Shown here piece after piece: positions 13,472-24,655 of a stretch of DNA of 64,000 nucleotides. The stretch is taken from positions 1-64,000 of the forward strand of contig NW_027590147.1 in the NCBI RefSeq assembly GCF_964213995.1. Direction: 5' to 3'. The notes under the pieces are model-generated. The model was not told the DNA's origin. It ran no database searches and was given only the letters and a program-made list of their open reading frames with translations. A program made the position numbers and the translations under genes. How positions within the stretch are numbered: the stretch's first letter is position 1; each line of letters opens with the position of its first letter. The DNA is from Mustelus asterias (lineage: Eukaryota).

Positions 13472-14229
13472 ATTTCCAAGACAGAAACTTCGCATTGCAG
13501 CAGCTGAGTCATATTTACCTCACAGAGGACAGAAGAAAGACATTTAATTTGCATTATTTCGGGAGCGCTGTATACAAATTTCACACAAAGTCAAGCCAAG
13601 GATGCACACATGTTTTTCGTGTGAGGTTAAGTGTCACTGACTTGCAAAGATTACAGGACGATATGGGCGAGCTGGTCAGACAGGTAGAGCAGTGCCAAAC
13701 GGAATTTAAACCTGAAAAGTGTGAGGTGATGCATTTTGCGAGGGGTAAGAAGGCAAGGGAATACGCCATGAACTGCAGGACGCGAGAAAGTGCAGAGGAC
13801 CAGAGGGACCTTGGCATGCAAGTCCAAAGATCATTTATGCCGTAGCATTCAAGGCTACAACCAAGTGCTGAAAAATGCGATTGGAATAGATATGGTTATA
13901 ATGGCTGGAGCAGGCACAATGGGCCGCAGGACCTCTTCCTGTTCTGTAAAATTCAATGACGATGATTCTACTGTCCCCAAAGCAAGAGCGATGGGCTTAA
14001 TGGTCTCCTCCATCGTTGCAGGAGTCTAATAATTTGCTGTTTGTAAATTCTAACACAGAGTTGTCAGAGGACGTTTTAATTTTTCACTCCACCCTCTCGC
14101 CTCCTGCTCCTCCTAATCAACTCAACAGCAGCAATTACAGGATAAAGATTCTTTACAGGTGTATGAGAATCGGACATTACTTTCGTAAACTATAACCAGA
14201 CACAAAATGCAGAGAATAGTTTCACTTAC

Positions 14230-14317
14230 TGGGTTCTACAGTGAGTTTGGTTCCACTGCCAAAGGTAAGCTTTCTGGTTGCATAGTTTGCACAGTGATTC
14301 CAGATGGTACAAAATCG
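14230..14317 (-). CDS. TRDJ: Jdelta segment (NYATRKLTFGSGTKLTVEP) with 12-RSS; intact
   Basis: Coding 14230-14289; FGXG; donor GTAAGT; RSS CACAGTG-12-ACAAAATCG at 14290-14317. Confidence 0.95.
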
Positions 14318-15085
14318 ACATAACCCACATGAATAGCAATGTAAGGATTGTTTGTCATGCTAAGGTTTTTGAGATTCGATTTGCTTCCACAGCTGGTTCA
14401 TTATTACGGCCAGAAATAAATGCAAAACAATATCCAAGGAAAGATGTTCTGGCTAAAGAGGGAGTGCACCGAAGGTTCACCGGACAGATACTGGAGTGGC
14501 AGGACTGACATATGAGGAGAGATTGAGTCGGTTAGGATTTTATTGTCTGGGGTTCAGAAGAAGGGAGGCAGGAGGAGAAGATCTCATTAAAACCCATAAT
14601 GCAGGATTAGAAACGATAAATGCAGGATGGCGGCAGGGTCCAGAACCGGGGTTCATAGTCAAAGAATATGGGACTGATATGAGGAGAATTTATTTTTCAA
14701 CAAGAAAATGAAAAGCCTGTGTAATTCACAATTACAAAGGTTTAAACAGAACAATTGTGCTTATTCGTCTCCCCTCTATCTTTTTGATCAACTCTCTGGG
14801 TGGAATCTTTCTATCCCGTTCACAGTACACAAATCTGCTTCTCAGTTCAATACCATATTACCGATTACCAATACCATATTATCCCAACTCCTATCCCATG
14901 TACCTCTAATGACTGGGTAGGCAGGACTAGATCAAAACTGACTCAAAATTGTGCAATCTCTTCGCCTGCATGCCACATATTATATTGGCACTCTGCCCAA
15001 CTTGACTAGACTACTTACAACAGAAAACTAGATCACAGAGGAGACGTGGAGTGAAAGGATAAACACACACTGACTTCACACTCAC

Positions 15086-15163
15086 TTGGTACAACTGTCA
15101 CCTGGGTGCCGCTGCCGAACGTTAGCTTATCGTAGCACAGTAACAATTTCTCAGACAGAAACC
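15086..15163 (-). CDS. TRDJ: Jdelta segment (YDKLTFGSGTQVTVVP) with 12-RSS; intact
   Basis: Coding 15086-15135; donor GTGAGT; RSS CACAGTA-12-ACAGAAACC. Confidence 0.95.
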
Positions 15164-15708
15164 TTCTATTGAGTTAGCTGTTTCAGATTTCAGACTATTC
15201 ACGGCAAAGACAAAACTGGAACAGTCACTGATTCGCTGCAGGTAACAGATATTGCATATCTTCCCCCTCCCCGCCATCACAGGCTAAATGGGCCGAATAG
15301 CCTCCTTGGATGCTCTAAGATTCTATCAACGTGAAGAATTTCTGAGCCAAGGTAGCCACTGGTCAAATATAGCCATCCATGTCCTCCCCCTGCAGCAAAT
15401 ATATTTTGCCTCTGAATCTTCGTTAGGTAACATAGGAACAAGGGAAGGCTATTCAGCCCTTTGTGCATTCTCTGCCAATCTCTGAAATGGCATAACAGAA
15501 ATTTGCAACATGGCCTTGCCAGTGGCGCCTCAACCCCTGGCAGAAAAGAAATGCAATTCAACGAATGGTATTTAATTTGTTAGCTAAGCTTTCTCTCCTT
15601 ACAGATGCTGCCTGACCTGTTGTGATTTGTCCCAGCATTATCTGTACGTATTGTCATTTCCAAGAGGTAAACAGAAATGTTGAGTCTGAAAGATGTGTTT
15701 CTGTTTCA

Positions 15709-16119
15709 CTGTATCAACAGTTACTCGGGCTCAGTTTCCAAAAGTGAGATATTTTTTATTCCTTCGTGGGACATGGGCACCGTTGGCTGGCCAGAATTTA
15801 TTATCCATTCCCAATTGCCCTTGAGTGTCAACCAAATTGCACATGTAGGCCAGATCAGATAAGAATGGCAGATTTCATTCTCTAAAGGACATTACTCAAC
15901 CAGATGGGTTTTTCCAACACTGGTTTTCATCGTCAACAGTAGAATTTTAATTCCAGATTATTGAATTCAAATTCCACCATCTGCTGTGGTGGGATTTGAA
16001 CACAGCGTCCCCAGAACACGAGTTGATTTCCTGGATTAATAATCTAGCGATAACACCACTAGGCCATCGCCTCCCCCCAGTTTCACCACCTCACAATATT
16101 GCAAGGTCACCCAGTGAAA
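15709..16119 (-). pseudogene. TRDJ: Jdelta pseudogene split by a SINE
   Basis: Joining 16091-16077 to 15752-15709 restores GGETGYLTFGN*ARVTVDT; heptamer CACAATA at 16092-16098; nonamer and donor are degenerate. Confidence 0.7.
15753..16076 (-). mobile_element. tRNA-derived SINE inside the J pseudogene
   Basis: Minus-strand GGCGATGGCCTAGTGG head and GTTCAAATCCCACCAC B-box; related copies at about 5200-5500 and 39380-39690. Confidence 0.75.
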
Positions 16120-16269
16120 CTAATATGCCAGGTGGTTGGGACCCTATGTAAGGAGTCAGGGAAAGAGGGAACAAGGACAAAAACAAGAGGTAGAAAAGGG
16201 AATAAGAAAAATGAAAGCAGAGAAACCAAGGAAAAAATTCAAAAAGGGCCATAGAGAAAAATGCTGGGA

Positions 16270-19125
16270 GCGAGACAATCAATGTTAAAAAGACAAGCTT
16301 AAAGGCTCTGTGCCTTAATGCACGGAGCATTTGCAATAAAGTGGACGAACTAATCTTGGAGATAGATGTAAATGGGCATGCTATAATTGGAATTACGGAG
16401 ACATGGCTGCAGGGTACCCAGGGATGGGAACTGAATGTCCCAGGGTATTCAGTATTTAGGAAGCACACGCATAATGGAAAAGGTGTTGGAGTGGCACTGC
16501 TGGTTAAAAAGGAAATTAACACACTGGTGAGAAACGATATTAGCTCTGATAATGTGAAGTCTATACGGGTAGGGTTGAGAGATACCAAGGGGCAGAAAAC
16601 ATCAGTGGGTGTCATATATAGACCCCAAAACTGCAGTGGTGATATTGGAAATGGCATTAAACACGAAATTAGAGATACATTTGATGAGGGAATATCGGTG
16701 ATCAAGGGTGATTGTAATCTGCACATTCATTGCGCAAATCAAATTAGCCACAATGCCGTAGAGGAGACATTCCTGGAGTGGATACGGGATGGTTTCCTTA
16801 ACCAATATGTGAAGGAACCAACAAGGGAGCAGGCCATCTTAGACTGTGTAATGTAGTGAAAACGTAAGAATTGCCAATCTAGCTGTGTGAGACCCCTTAG
16901 GGATGAGTGAACATAACATGAGAGACTTTTTATCAAGTTGGAGAGTGAAGTATTTGACTCGGAGACTACTGTGTTGAATCTTAATAAAGGAGACTATGAA
17001 GATATGAGGCGTCATTTGGCCTTCATAGATTGGGGAGACTTACTTAAACGGATGACAATGGATAGGCAACGGCAAACATTCAAGGAACGCATGGGGGAAC
17101 TGCAGCAACAGTTTATTCCAATCTGGCACAAAATCAATATGGGAAGAGGGCCAAACCATGGCTTACAAAGGAAATTAAAGATAGTATCCGATTCAAAGAA
17201 GAAACATACAGATTGGCCAAGAACAGTAATAAGTCTAAGGATTGGGAGCAGTTTAGAATTCAGCAAAGTATGAAGGGATTAATTAACAAGGGGAAAATGC
17301 AGTCCGAACGTAAGCTTGCAGGGAACATAAAGACTGATACTACGAGTTTCTAAATGTAGAACCCCTACAGACAGAGCCGGGGGAATGTATAATAGGGGAC
17401 AAAGAAATGGCTGACCAGCTGAATACATACTTTTGTTCTATCTTCACAAATGAGGACACAAATCAGATACCAGAAATGTTGGAAAATGCAAGATTAAGTG
17501 AGAGGGAAGAACTGAGGGAGATCAACATTAATAGAGAAATGCTACTGGGAAAATTGATGGGATTGAATGTGGATAACTCCCCAGGGCCTGATAATCTTCA
17601 TCCCAGAGTACTAAGGAAGTGGCTGTCGAAATAGTGGATGCATTGGTGGTCATCTTGCACGATTCTATAGACTCTGGAGCAGTCCCTGCAGATTGGACGG
17701 TACCTAATGTCCAATATTGAAAAAGGGAGGTAGAGTGAAAATAGGGAATTACAGACCAATAAGCCTAACATCGGTAGTGGGGAAAATTCTCTAATCCATT
17801 ATCAAGTAGTTGCAGTGGAGTATTTTGAAAGCAGTGGCAGGATCAGATAGAGTCCGCATGGATTTATGAAGGGGAAATCATGCTTGACAAGTCTGTTGGA
17901 GTTCTTTGAAGATGTAACGAGTAGGATTGACAAGGCAGAGCCAGTCGATGTGGTATATTTGGACTTTCAAAATCGTTTGACAAAGTCCCGCATAAGAGAT
18001 TATCGTGGAAGATTGAAGTGCATGGGATTGAGGGAAGTGTATTGAGATGGACAGAAAACTCATTGCCAGAGAGGAAACAAAGAGTAGGAATTAACAGGTC
18101 ATTTTCAAATTGGCAGGCAGTAATTCGTGGAGTGCCACAGGGATCGGTCCTGGGATACCAGCTATTCACAATATATATTCATGATTTGGACGAGGGAGCA
18201 AATGTAACATCTCAAAGTTTGCAGATGATACCAAGTTGGGTGGGAGGCTGAACTGTGACGAGGATGCAGAGATCCTTCAGCCTGATCTGGACATGTTGCA
18301 TGAGTGGGCAAATCAATGGCAGATGCAGTACAATTTGGATAAATGTGAGGTTAGTCACTTTGGAAGCAAAAACAAGAAGGCAGATGGCTACCTAAATGGC
18401 TGTAAATTGCGAGAGGAGAGTATACATGGGGACCTGGGTGTCCTTGTTCAACAGTCGCTGAAGGTAAGCATGCAGGTGCAGCAGGTAGTTAAGAAGGACA
18501 ATGGTATGTTGGCCTTCATTGCGAGAGGTTTTGAGTACAGGAGCAGGGATGTATTGTTGCAATTATACAGGGACTTGGTAACACCACACCTAGAATATTG
18601 TGTGCAGTTTTGGTCTCCTTTTCTGAGGAAGCAGGGAGTGCAGCGAAGCTTTCCCAGGCTGATTCCGGAAACGGGCGGGGCCGATGTATGAGGAGAGATT
18701 GACGAGGTTAGAATTGTTTTCGCTGCAGTTCAGACGAATGAGGGGGGATCTCATAGAGACTTACAAAACTCTAACGGGACTAGACAGTTAGATGCAGGGA
18801 GGATGTCCCCGGTGGTCGGAGCCCAGAACCAGGGGTCAGAGTCTGAGGATTCGGGATAGACCATTTAGGACGGTGGTGAGGAGACATTTCTTCACCCAAA
18901 GCGTGATAAGCCTGTGGAATTCATTACCACAGGAAGTAGTAGATGCCAAAACATTGAATGTATTCAAAAGGTGGCAGGATATAGCACTTGGGGTGAAAGG
19001 TTTTGGGGAGAAAGCAGGATTGGGCTACTGAGTTGGACGATCAGCCATGATCGTAATGAATGGCGGAGCAGGCTCGAAGGGACGAATGGCCTCTTCCTGC
19101 TACGATCTTCCATGTTTCTATGTTT
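16270..19125 (+). mobile_element. Decayed CR1 ORF2 (APE endonuclease + RT)
   Basis: CLNARSI, GITETW, VIYRP, GVPQGSVLG motifs across many stops and frameshifts; 3' tail near 19120. Confidence 0.9.
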
Positions 19126-19383
19126 CGATAAGGCACCCATCAATGCGTGTCACATTGCTGAGGCCCAAAGATTGGCTTGTCACCTGCAGCATGTCTAAAT
19201 AAGCATTGAGAGCTGAGCTAGGTAGCTCCCTATCTTCTTGAAGCTCATCTCACAGACAAAATGCCTTCACTTGCATCCCATGCAATACTTTGCTTCGTTG
19301 CCTACTTGCTATTGGTCAGACACCACATTGCGAAAAAATAATCTACATGAAACAGAATGAAAGTAACTTCCAATCGTACTCAC

Positions 19384-19472
19384 TTGGCACAACAGTCAAC
19401 TGGGTGCCGCTGCCAAATGTGAGCTTCACGGTATCGTCATAATGCATAGTGCAAAGGGCACAGACGTAAACC
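19384..19472 (-). CDS. TRDJ: Jdelta segment (HYDDTVKLTFGSGTQLTVVP); open frame, non-canonical heptamer
   Basis: Coding 19384-19444; donor GTGAGT; RSS CATAGTG-12-ACGTAAACC, where CAC>CAT is expected to impair RAG cleavage. Confidence 0.9.
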
Positions 19473-19594
19473 TTCCAATGGAAGTGAAGATGCAGATATC
19501 ATTTAATACATGATGAAGCATACCCACTAATTCCGGGGCAGGGCAATATACAAAGTTCATATTCGGAAGAGCCCTTGAGACCCTTGAAGGAAAC

Positions 19595-19682
19595 TTCAGC
19601 TACTTTAATTCTAACCAGATCCAAACTGAAGATTTTAAATGTCTTATTCGGTTGCATAGTGAATGTGTTGCTCTGCGAAAGA
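19595..19682 (-). pseudogene. TRDJ: Decayed J relic (..NLQFGSG/RIKVAE)
   Basis: TTTGGATCTGGT (FGSG) then a frameshift to AGA ATT AAA GTA GCT GAA; heptamer CATAGTG at 19655-19661, 12 spacer, weak nonamer. Confidence 0.6.
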
Positions 19683-20031
19683 TAAGTTTTAAAGTTCTGG
19701 TGCTAGCACATCAGTACACAATGTGACAAAAAATTAAACCGAACAAGGTGAGCCGAAATATAAGATTTATTTGTATTTTATTTCTCCTGCGTTTGAGTTT
19801 TGAGTTCAATTGCAGATTCTGCTGACTTCAACAGCCAGGGCAGGTTATATCTTGAAAGGAAAATATTTCCCCACATCCAGCAATTTAAATGCAATTCCTT
19901 CTTCTCGTCTGTTAGCTCCACATGACATATATTTCTATCCACTTACAAATGGGAATTTCATTCTCAGTAAATATTGTTCAGATTTTCTGCGTCCACAGTG
20001 CTTCACCATTACATTTTGCGAGGGTGCTTAT

Positions 20032-20119
20032 TGGGTTCCACAGTAATTTTGGTTCCAGTGCCAAGGATCAGCCTTTCATCGGTGGGGGTGACACTGTCGA
20101 TGTAGATGCTAAACATATC
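20032..20119 (-). pseudogene. TRDJ: Jdelta pseudogene (TPTDERLILGTGTKITVEP)
   Basis: LGTG instead of FGXG; donor reads ATAAG; RSS CACTGTC-12-AAACATATC is degenerate. Confidence 0.85.
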
Positions 20120-20127
20120 GGTTACTC

Positions 20128-20305
20128 TGGGGTGAACACAGAAAGAGTTATAACAACACCAGGTTAAAGTCCAACAGGTTTATTTGGTAGCAAACACCAT
20201 TAGCTTTCGGAGCGCTGCTCCTTCGTCAGATGGAGTGGACTTTAACCTGGTGTTGTTCAAACTCTTTCTGTGTTCACCCCAGTCCAACGCCAGCATCTCC
20301 ACATC
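20128..20305. mobile_element. Short palindromic Penelope-derived repeat with hammerhead-like core
   Basis: ~46-bp inverted arms (TGGGGTGAACACAGAAAGAGTT...GGTTAAAGTCCA and its reverse complement); minus-strand CTGACGA-AGGAGCAGCGCTCC-GAAA at 20229-20201; sibling copy at 62632-62768. Confidence 0.7.
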
Positions 20306-20860
20306 GGGAACAGTAACGCCAGAGTCTTTATTGTCTTGCTTGCTGTTTTGACCATAGATTCGGATTCAAGTTGCAAGAGAAAAATGCAACTGTGCCCCGA
20401 AACCACCCCTCATCTAACTCCAATTATATTTGATTTTCTCTATTTCACAAAAGCACAACACATAGCTAGAGGTTTAACGTTCCTTCCATGCAGGGTTTCA
20501 TTAACTTCTCTGTACTCTCTTGCCATGTTAGTCCCCCCTAAATGCGTCATCCCACACTTTTCAGAGTTAAAATTTCCACAGCTCTGCCCATTTGACCAAT
20601 CCCTCTGTATCGTACTGCAATTGAAGGATTTTCTCCTCGCTATTTACCACACCACCACTTGTTGTGTCATCTATGAATTTACTGGTTATATCCCCTGGAT
20701 CGCTATCTCTCTACTTAACTTCTAATGATACATTGATCCATCTAACAACTTATTATTAAATTGAATTAATCAATTATTTTCGCTCTTTGTCACCATTTGT
20801 TGGACACGGGTTCAGCAGAAAAGTCCATCGAAGGATGCAGAGAAATCAGCTGGCACTTAC

Positions 20861-20953
20861 TTGGCACAACAATCAATTGGATTCCGCTGCCAAAGGTGAG
20901 TTTCTAACTACCGTCATAGTAATAAGCGCCGTGACACATTGCCAGCAGAAAGC
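20861..20953 (-). pseudogene. TRDJ: Jdelta pseudogene (YYYDGS*KLTFGSGIQLIVVP)
   Basis: Good donor GTAAGT and FGSG, but in-frame TAG and a degenerate RSS CGCCGTG-11-GCAGAAAGC. Confidence 0.85.
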
Positions 20954-21297
20954 TATCAATGCATAAGGTCATTCAGTTTCTGGCTATTACACATAGCAAG
21001 GAAACTGGAATATTGACTAATGGGTGGGATGCCTTGAAAGCTGCTATGGTGTACGAAGAGTTCATCTTAACATTGATTTACCACCAACAGAGGAACAATG
21101 AATCTTATACGATTGTATAACACTAAGGACATCTAACCCCAAATTCCCTAACTGCGTCCAGTGGTGCACTAAGGCACAATTAATCTGCTTCCAGAGCTAG
21201 CTATTTCTGGAACAGGTCGTTATACTGTTGCCAGGGGCTTAGAGATTTAGGAAGCCACGATCCATAACAAACGTGGCTGAGCAGGAATCTCACTCAC

Positions 21298-21347
21298 TCT
21301 TACCACCAGTGTTATAAACTCAGCTTCCTTGGCCATCAAGTACATTG
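21298..21347 (-). pseudogene. Possible J relic with GXG deleted (RKLSF/ITLVVR)
   Basis: AGG AAG CTG AGT TT ATA ACA CTG GTG GTA AGA|GTGAGT; heptamer-like TACATTG at 21341-21347; the rest of the RSS is replaced by a SINE fragment. Confidence 0.45.
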
Positions 21348-21571
21348 ATTAGAACTCGAACCCGGCATTTCTGGCTCAGAGGCAGAGACTTTAACACACT
21401 ACGCCACAGCACGTCCCCAACTTATTAATGGCCTTTATATTACCTCTCCTTCCCCAAAAGTCGATACGGATTGAAACAAAAGACGATATCGTGATTTATA
21501 TATTCGAACTGTAACTTTCAATTATCCCACTACTGTAAATAGATCATGATGGAAAATAGTTGAGGACTTAT

Positions 21572-21659
21572 TGGGCTCCACAGTGAATTTTGTCCCTTTG
21601 CCAAAGACAAGCTTCTCAGTTTGGTAGATAACACAGTGGTAACGGCTACCACAAAACAT
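21572..21659 (-). pseudogene. TRDJ: Jdelta (IYQTEKLVFGKGTKFTVEP) with good RSS but no GT donor
   Basis: Open frame with FGKG; RSS CACAGTG-12-ACAAAACAT; donor position reads ATAAGT. Confidence 0.9.
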
Positions 21660-22644
21660 AGAACCAGCCACATGAACACAGGGCTAGCTTACATTCAGTT
21701 TGAGTTAATGTTACTCGTCTTGTTAGCTTCTCTCCCGAACCAAATATAACAGTTTCCTCTCCCTCAATCTTAGTTACTACGTTTTTCACAATTTTAAAAG
21801 GCACGTTATTGGATCAATAAATCGACTGACTTCACATTTTCCATCTCCGCTGATATCTCTCCCTGAGCAGAAGGAGGCCATTCGGCTCACCATTCAATGA
21901 GATCATGGCTGATCTGATGTCATAATCCTCAACTCCATTTTCCCACCGCATCCCCAGAACCCTCAATTTCCTTGCAGATTAAAAATCTGTCTATCCCAGG
22001 ACTGATCATACTTAACGACAGCCCTCTGTGGTAAAGAAGTCCACAGATTAGGAACCATCCGAAAAAAGAAATACTTCATCAACCCCTTACTCTGGGATTG
22101 TGCCTCTGGTCCTCGACTCTCCCACCAGGGAATAAAATAGAAGTCGACAGCACATCAAAGGCCCTGCGTCCCATCGTGTCTGTCTCGCCAAAGATAAACC
22201 AGCTGACTTTTCTAATCCCATTTTCCAGCACTTGGCCCGTTTGCCGTTTGTGAAATGGCATTACAAGTGCATATCCAAATACTCCTTAAATATTGTGAGG
22301 GTCTCTGTCAACACCAGCCTTTCAGGCACTGAGTCCCAAGCTGCTATCACCCTTTGGGGGGAAAGTTCTCTTCACATTCCCTCTAACTCTCCTACTCTGC
22401 ACTTTTACTCAATGCACCGCCCCCAAAAAGCACTGCTCATTGATTCCTCCGTTATGGGGATAGGTGTCTTCCTGTCTACTCTATCTCTGCTCCTCATTAG
22501 GCTGAAGCAACTTTTACAGTACAGTCTATCTCTCTGACTCTATGACCCTATCGGGCTGTTCCTCTTCTAACTATGTATCAATGTATCATTTAATTGCATT
22601 GCACACAATCATTTCAGCAATACATCTCCTTGACAGGTGGATTT

Positions 22645-22865
22645 TCATAGAATCATAGAAACCCGACAGTGCAGAAAGAGGCCATTTGGCCCATCGAGTC
22701 TGCACCGACCACAATCCCACCCAGGCCCTATCCCCATATCCCTACATATTTGCCCACTAATCACTCCAACCTACACATCTCAGGACACTGAGGGGCAATT
22801 TTAGCATGGCCAATCAACCTAACCTGCACATCTTTGGACTGTGGGAGGAAACCGGAGCACCCGAA
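22645..22865 (-). mobile_element. 5'-truncated HE1/V-SINE-like element
   Basis: Matches the 3' half of the copies at 60245-60582 and 61855-62195. Confidence 0.8.
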
Positions 22866-23103
22866 CGATGAAGGACAGTTAAATGTTTTAAGGAAACAAT
22901 CTTGAATTGTGGAAACAATAAAGCTGTCATCTGCTCCATCTCAATGCCAAGTGAAGCTGCTTTTTAGATTCCCAATTAGAGCTGCTCACCCGTTCCATAC
23001 AACAACAGTGATAATTGAAATAACACAGCGACTGTATGTCTCAATGAAGCCATGGGGGAAAAATAACATGTTGAGTAATCATAATCCAGGATTAGTTACT
23101 TAC

Positions 23104-23194
23104 TGGGTTCCACAATCAGCCTGGTTCCATTGCCGAAGATGAGCTTTATAGTCTCTCCATATGTTACACATCCTTTGACTCCATAACAAGATCC
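23104..23194 (-). CDS. TRDJ: D-proximal Jdelta segment (TYGETIKLIFGNGTRLIVEP); intact
   Basis: Coding 23104-23166; FGNG; donor GTAAGT; RSS CACATCC-12-ACAAGATCC. Confidence 0.93.
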
Positions 23195-23376
23195 ATTGTG
23201 GCCTCGTCCATCTCTCTCTGCCCCTCTGCCGTGTCCCGGTGCCTTGATTGGGGGTGGGTCAGACCAGTAATGGTGTACACTCGGTGAATATCACGGTGGG
23301 GATGGAATGCGGTGGTGGGGAGTGGTGTTGGGAGGGTGCTATTGAGAGAGCTTGGTGTTTTCCCATGGGGCTGTGA

Positions 23377-23458
23377 GGTTATTGTACGGGCGTTACGGGA
23401 GATTCAACTACTGTGGTCCCACGATATCCCCACAGTGATACGTGCCAGCACAAAAACT
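23377..23458 (-). CDS. TRDD: Ddelta segment GGGATATCGTGGGAC (23430-23416) with 5' 12-RSS and 3' 23-RSS
   Basis: V-facing CACAGTG-12-ACAAAAACT (23431-23458); J-facing CACAGTA-23-ACAATAACC (23415-23377); G-rich and open in all three frames (GISWD/GYRG/DIVG). Confidence 0.96.
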
Positions 23459-24655
23459 CTTCAGCAGCTGTTGCTGCTGCTGTTGTCGTATGTATCACCT
23501 CAGCTGCGACAGCAGAAACTTCCTCTTAGATACAATTATCAATTCCATTCCTATGAAGTACCCGCACCAGATTAAAACCGTCCATGTGATTCCACATGAG
23601 CACTGGCTAAAAGTGTTTGGCACAGCACACCTGTAGGGGTTAGAAACCAGAAAGATGTTTTGCGGTTGGGGAAATTTATCAGGAACATTATTAAAGGAAA
23701 GGCGATAAGGAAGCTGAGGTGGAAATGTGGGGACCGGGTGGGGGGGGGGGGGGGTGGGGGGTAGCAGGTGGAGCGGTGAGGAAATAAACTAGAGAATTTC
23801 CCAGCTCAGGAACAAGGCTATTGAAGGCACAGTTGCGGAGTGAGGGGGAAGTGGAAGAACGGATATGTCAGGACATAATGGATAGGTGCAGGAAAAATAG
23901 GGTTGTTGTCGTGGGAGACTTCAATTTCCCTGTTATAGACTGGAAATCGCGTAGGGCTGGGAGTCTGAATGGGGAGGAATTTGTAAAATGCGTACAGGAA
24001 GGTTCTTTGGAACAATATGCAGATAGCTCGACGAGAGAGGGGGCTATACTGGATCGAGTACTGGGGAATGAGCCCGGTCAGGTCTTCAAAGTTTCGGTAC
24101 GGGAACAGGTGGCAAATAGTGACCACAATTCTGTTAGCTTTAGGATAGTGATGGAAAAGGATGAGTGGTGTCCCAAGGGTAAGGTGTTGGATTGGGGGAA
24201 GGCTAACTTTAGTGGGATTAGGTAGAAATTGGCAGCTGTTGATTGGGAGAGGCTGTTTGAGGGTATATCCACAACTGGCATGTGGCAGTCTTTTAAGGAA
24301 CAGTTGTTAGGGCTGCAGGACAGGCATGTGCCTGTAAAAAAGAACGATAGGAAGGGTAGGATTCGAGTACCGTGGATAACCAGGGAAATTGAGGGATTGG
24401 TCAAAAAGAAAAAAGAGGTGTACGTTAGATCCACGCAGCTAAAAACGGAGGGAGCTCTGGAGGAATACAAAGAAAGTAGGAAAGAACTCAAACGAGGAAT
24501 TAGAAGGGCAAAAAGGGGTCACGAAATTTCCTTGGCAGACAGGATTAAGGAGAATCCCAAGGCATTTTATTCATACGTTAGGAACAAAAGGGTTGTCAGG
24601 GAAAAAATCGGACCTCTCAGGGACAAAAGTGGGGAATTATGCTGAGAGCCCAAAG

